A DNA stretch of 61,320 nt, the filler included. It is 3 parts of 3 records of this genome, joined end to end, with 100 filler letters (N's around TTAATTAATTAA, not from the genome) between each part and the next. Parts side by side here need not be neighbours in the genome. Positions count along the whole stretch, not along the records: positions 39,778 to 61,320 come from SRR20825019_731; 2 more parts are not named here. One strand, 5' to 3'. Shown here piece by piece: positions 57,074-61,320 of this stretch; the first letter of the stretch is position 1, and the number at the start of each line of letters is the position of its first letter. The position numbers and the translations under genes are program-made. Under the pieces are notes generated by a model. That model had not been told where the DNA came from, did not search any database, and saw only the letters and a program-made list of their open reading frames with translations.

Positions 57074-58818
57074 AGGGACGGCTCCCCGGTCAGCCTTTCA
57101 ACAGTCTCAGTCAGTATCGGGTGGTCCGGGTCCTGCTCGAAGCCTTCTCTCCAGATCGAGCGGGCCTGTTCCTGATTGCCGGTTTGCCAGAGCGCTTCGC
57201 CGAAATGAGCGGCTACTTCCGGGTCAGCGTAGGCCTCCCAGGCACGTGACAGATAGCTCAGTGACTCGTCGGTGTTGCCCTGCAGATACAGTACCCAGCC
57301 CATGCTATCGAGTATGGCAGGGTTCTCCGGATCGATGGCCAGGGCTCTCTCAATATAGTCCCTGGCTTCATCGAGTCGGTCCGTGCGGGTGGTAAGGATA
57401 TAACCCAGCGCGTTGAGTGCCACGGCGTTGTCGGGCTGTTCCTCGATGATTGTTCTCAGATCGGCTTCGGCCTGCTCTGGCTTATCCATGGAGTCGAGCA
57501 GCATGGCACGGGCGTAGCGAATGCGGACATTGCCAGGGAAGGATTCCAGGGCTTCATTGGCCGCCTGAAGGGCTCGCTCGTCATGATCCCGATCCAGCAG
57601 GAGATTGATTTCCAGCAGGCGGAAATTCTCGTCCTGGTCGGGGTTGTTCTTGCGGATCTCGCGAATGTCGGCCAGGGCCTCGTCCAGCTCTCCCTGTTCC
57701 GCCATCAGTTCGCTGGCACGGGCCAGGGCCGGGAAAAAGTAATTACCTTTCTCGACATTCCTGTAGTAGCCGATGGCCTGCTCGTTTTCGTTTTCCTCGT
57801 CGGCAATCCGGCCCAGGTAGTAGTGAGCCTCATCGCTGTGGTGGCCTTGTTCGATCAGGCGTGTCAGTTCCTCCTCGGCCAGCGCGATCTGATCGTTTTC
57901 AAGCGCGACCAGGGCGTAGGAGAGTCGCAGGCCGGGAACGTCGGGGAAGCGGTTGACCAGCCGGCGGAATTCGTTCTGGGCGGTTTGCAGCTCACCTTCG
58001 CCGATCAGCATGCGGCCGTAGAGGGTTCCCATCTGGCGATTATCGGGGAATTGTCGTGTATTCGCCCTCAGGTGATCCAGGGCTTGCTGTTTCTGGTTGG
58101 TCTGGTAGAGCAGGTCGCCCTTGAGTATCAGTGCTGGCTGGAAATCCGGCTTGCTGTCCAGAAGGGGTTCCAGTTTGGCGAGGGCTTGCTGGGGCTCGCC
58201 CGTCACCTTCAGTAGAAGGGCAATGCTGTATTGCAGTTCCGGGTTGTCAGGGTGGCGCTGCTCCAGTTGCTGGTATAAGTCGAGCAGTTCCTGCTGTTGT
58301 TCCGGTGGCAGGTTTCCGGCCATCGCGGCAAGGCTGTCAAAATCCGCGTCGCCGCCCAGATCCATGATCTTTTCCATGTGGCCCAGGGCGGTCTCCAGTT
58401 CGTTCTTCTTCACGGCCTGGATGGCGGAGATACGATGTGCCTGCATGTTGTCCGGGGCTACCTCCAGCCACAGCGCCGCCAGTTTCTGCTGCGCGTTATC
58501 GGCGTTCAGTGACTGGGCAATGCGCATGGTCCGCTCAATCACGCCCAGATCGCGGGATTGCTGTGCCGCCTTCATGTAATTGACAAGGGTGACGTCGAAT
58601 CGGCCCCGTTGGGCGGCTATCTCGCCGGAAAGCAGCAGGTACAGTTCTTCCGGCTCGAAATCGGCGTAACGGATGTCCGCTGACGGTTCCGCGGATGATG
58701 CAGTGGCGTCATCAGGCGACGAGGTGGATTGCGATTCCTGGTTGTCCTGGAGAAAAGCGCAGCCGGACAGGGAAAGCCCAAGCAGGCAGGTACCAAGCAG
58801 TAATGCAGACTTATGCAT
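57070..58818 (-). CDS. TPR-repeat lipoprotein (conserved upstream of lolB)
   Basis: Lipobox LSGC, TPR repeats, ALNALGY, ILDSMGW and DPEVAAHFGE.LW; start probably ATG at 58818. Confidence 0.9.
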   Translation of the reverse strand: MHKSALLLGTCLLGLSLSGCAFLQDNQESQSTSSPDDATASSAEPSADIRYADFEPEELYLLLSGEIAAQRGRFDVTLVNYMKAAQQSRDLGVIERTMRIAQSLNADNAQQKLAALWLEVAPDNMQAHRISAIQAVKKNELETALGHMEKIMDLGGDADFDSLAAMAGNLPPEQQQELLDLYQQLEQRHPDNPELQYSIALLLKVTGEPQQALAKLEPLLDSKPDFQPALILKGDLLYQTNQKQQALDHLRANTRQFPDNRQMGTLYGRMLIGEGELQTAQNEFRRLVNRFPDVPGLRLSYALVALENDQIALAEEELTRLIEQGHHSDEAHYYLGRIADEENENEQAIGYYRNVEKGNYFFPALARASELMAEQGELDEALADIREIRKNNPDQDENFRLLEINLLLDRDHDERALQAANEALESFPGNVRIRYARAMLLDSMDKPEQAEADLRTIIEEQPDNAVALNALGYILTTRTDRLDEARDYIERALAIDPENPAILDSMGWVLYLQGNTDESLSYLSRAWEAYADPEVAAHFGEALWQTGNQEQARSIWREGFEQDPDHPILTETVERLTGEPSL

Positions 58819-59049
58819 GCAACATCCCATGATCTGTGTACGATGCACCTGATCGGCCGGAGAAGGGTCTGGCGGCGGTCTCAGATGTGGCGTAGTGCGA
58901 CAAGGCTCTATGATGGCACAAGCGCCTGATATTGCCCAACCTGTCAGCAGTTGCCGATATCACGATGGTTATGGGTGGCGACACTGGCTCCCGATCGTTA
59001 AAATGGCGGTATCGAACCGTCGTCAAAGATAAGGCAGTCTAACCCCGAT

Positions 59050-60339
59050 ATGGCACTGGTCACCCTCGGAATCAATCATCGCACCGCACCGGTAGAGTTG
59101 CGTGAGCGCGTCGCGTTCACGCCCGAGCGCATGGCCGAGGCGTTTGCCGAACTGCGTGCCACTTCCGGCGCCAGCGAGGCGGCGATCCTGTCTACCTGCA
59201 ACCGCACCGAACTGTATCTGGCCGGAGATGACGACTGTGCCCCGGCGGTATTGCGGTGGTTGGCGGGGTTTCATGACATGGAGGCGGCAGACCTGGAAGA
59301 CGTGCTCTACGTACATCGGGACTCAGACGCCGTGCGCCACATCATGCGGGTTGCGTCGGGGCTGGACTCCATGGTGCTTGGAGAGCCGCAAATTCTCGGC
59401 CAGCTCAAGGACGCCTATGCCCTCGCTCGCGAGCATGAGGCGAGCGGTGCGTTCCTGTCCCGTCTGTTCGAACATACGTTCTCCGTCGCCAAGCGGGTGC
59501 GCACGCAGACTGCTATTGGCGAAAACCCGGTGTCGGTGGCCTACGCTGCAGTCAGCATGGCGCACCACATCTTTGCGGATATGTCCCGCAATCGAGCCTT
59601 GCTGATTGGCGCCGGCAAAACCATTGAGCTGGTCGCGAGGCATCTGGCCGACGCTGGCGTGAAAAATTTCCTGGTTGCCAATCGTACCCTGGAACGTGCC
59701 CAGGCGCTGGCGGACTCCCGTGGCGGGCAGGGCATTATGCTCTCCGACATTCCAGAACACCTGGCAAACGTGGACATCATCATTTCCTCCACTGCCAGCC
59801 CGTTGCCTATCCTTGGCAAGGGCGCCGTGGAGCGTGCGCTTAAAAAGCGCAAGCATCGCCCCTATTTCATGGTGGATATCGCCGTTCCCAGGGATATCGA
59901 ACCCGAGGTGGGTTCCCTGGCTGATGTCTATCTCTATACCGTTGACGACTTGCGGCAGGTTATCGAGGAGAACGTTCGTTCCCGAGAGGGCGCCGCGCGG
60001 GAAGCCGAGAACATGGTTGCTGATGGCGTACAGCAGTTCCTGAGCCAGCTACGGGCCCTGGATGCTGTCTCTACCCTCAAGCAGTTCCGTCAGCGGGCCG
60101 AAGCCCTGAGAGACGGGGAGACCGAAAAGGCCATACGCGCCCTGCGTAATGGCGCAGACCCCGAAACCGTGATGCGAAGCATGGCCCGGGGGTTGACCAA
60201 CAAATTACTGCACGAGCCGTCCATCCAGGTCCGCAAGGCCACCACGGAGGGCAGAACCGAAGTCACTCAATGGCTCAGAGAGCTGCATCAGCTTGATGTG
60301 CTGGATGCCGACGCGCCCATCACCCCGGAAAAACTATGA
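59050..60339 (+). CDS. hemA: Glutamyl-tRNA reductase
   Basis: [38 protein letters not shown] and DIAVPRD. Confidence 0.98.
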   Translation: MALVTLGINHRTAPVELRERVAFTPERMAEAFAELRATSGASEAAILSTCNRTELYLAGDDDCAPAVLRWLAGFHDMEAADLEDVLYVHRDSDAVRHIMRVASGLDSMVLGEPQILGQLKDAYALAREHEASGAFLSRLFEHTFSVAKRVRTQTAIGENPVSVAYAAVSMAHHIFADMSRNRALLIGAGKTIELVARHLADAGVKNFLVANRTLERAQALADSRGGQGIMLSDIPEHLANVDIIISSTASPLPILGKGAVERALKKRKHRPYFMVDIAVPRDIEPEVGSLADVYLYTVDDLRQVIEENVRSREGAAREAENMVADGVQQFLSQLRALDAVSTLKQFRQRAEALRDGETEKAIRALRNGADPETVMRSMARGLTNKLLHEPSIQVRKATTEGRTEVTQWLRELHQLDVLDADAPITPEKL

Positions 60340-61320
60340 AGTCATCGATTCAGTCCCGCCTCGAGCAGCTTGTTGACCGCTTCGAGGAAGTCAGCGCGTT
60401 GCTGAGCGATCAGGGTACTATTGCCAACCAGGATAAATTCCGCGACCTGTCCCGGGAATTTGCCGAGATTGAGCCCATTGTTCACTGCTTCCAGGCATGG
60501 CAGAAATCCCGTGACGATGTTAAGGAAGCCACTGAACTGGCCCGCGACGGTGACGCCGACATGCGAGCCATGGCGGAAGAGGAGTTGGGCCTGGCGGAAC
60601 AGAAGAGCGAGGAACTGGACGAAGAGCTCCAGCGCCTGATGCTGCCCAAGGATCCCAACGATGGCAAGAACGTATTCCTGGAGGTTCGTGCCGGCACCGG
60701 GGGCGATGAGGCGGCGATTTTCGCCGGTGACCTGTTCAAGATGTACATGCGTTATGCCGAACGCCAGCGCTGGCAGGTTGAGGTTATCAGCGCCAACGAT
60801 GGTGAGCACGGCGGTTACAAGGAAATCATTGCCCGCATTGCTGGTAGTGCGGTCTATGGGGCACTGAAGTTTGAATCCGGTGCCCATCGGGTACAGCGGG
60901 TGCCGGAGACCGAATCCCAGGGCCGAATTCACACCTCCGCCTGCACGGTAGCGGTGATGCCGGAGGCGGATGAAACCGAGGCCGTTGAAATCAACAAGTC
61001 CGACCTGCGGGTGGATACCTTCCGAGCTTCTGGCGCCGGCGGTCAGCACGTCAACAAGACTGATTCGGCGATTCGTATTACCCATATTCCCACGGGCATT
61101 GTGGTGGAGTGTCAGGAAGAACGCTCCCAGCACAAGAATCGGGCCAAAGCGATGAGTTTCCTGGCATCGCGCCTCCAGAATGAGGAAATTGAACGCCAGC
61201 AGAAAACCATGGCGGCCACCCGCAAGAGCCTGGTGGGCAGTGGCGACCGCTCAGAGCGAATCCGCACCTATAACTTCCCCCAGGGGCGGGTGACCGACCA
61301 CCGCATCAACCTGACGCTGT
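60336..61320 (+). CDS. prfA: Peptide chain release factor 1, 3' truncated (absent from the ORF track)
   Basis: ATGA overlap with hemA. Reads [12 protein letters not shown]...[12 protein letters not shown]...[14 protein letters not shown] (PxT motif), GAGGQHVN and RTYNFPQGR. Confidence 0.97.
   Translation, partial: MKSSIQSRLEQLVDRFEEVSALLSDQGTIANQDKFRDLSREFAEIEPIVHCFQAWQKSRDDVKEATELARDGDADMRAMAEEELGLAEQKSEELDEELQRLMLPKDPNDGKNVFLEVRAGTGGDEAAIFAGDLFKMYMRYAERQRWQVEVISANDGEHGGYKEIIARIAGSAVYGALKFESGAHRVQRVPETESQGRIHTSACTVAVMPEADETEAVEINKSDLRVDTFRASGAGGQHVNKTDSAIRITHIPTGIVVECQEERSQHKNRAKAMSFLASRLQNEEIERQQKTMAATRKSLVGSGDRSERIRTYNFPQGRVTDHRINLTL

Overview
The window is not one locus. It holds three contigs joined by artificial N/TTAATTAATTAA/N linkers at 17092-17191 and 39678-39777. 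Contigs 1 and 2 (1-17091, 17192-39677) are from a gene-dense eukaryote, probably a protist, using the standard code with mostly ~45-60 nt GT-AG introns. They carry about 18 genes that almost always alternate strand, with extremely GC-rich islands upstream of most gene starts and very short tail-to-tail gaps. Recognisable genes include NOM1/Sgd1-like, SSUH2-like, RWD+RING, malic enzyme, CorA, tandem SCP2 with PTS1, an OB+CCCH methyltransferase, an EF-hand/zeta-toxin kinase, a RINGv ligase and a pappalysin-like protease. A head-to-head pair of paralogous caveolin-like amphipathic proteins (27086-29643) is visible only after splicing and is the most novel-looking item. Contig 3 (39778-61320) is gammaproteobacterial and Marinobacter-like. 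It has the 3' end of a Fur-regulated NRPS siderophore cluster (NRPS T-E-TE, TonB receptor, fhuB/D, mbtH, TauD hydroxylase, acyltransferase, fhuF, fhuC, entD), followed by ychF-pth-rplY-prs-tRNA-Gln-ispE-lolB-TPR / hemA-prfA. All calls are from reading and motif recall; no searches were run, and eukaryotic exon boundaries were placed by hand.
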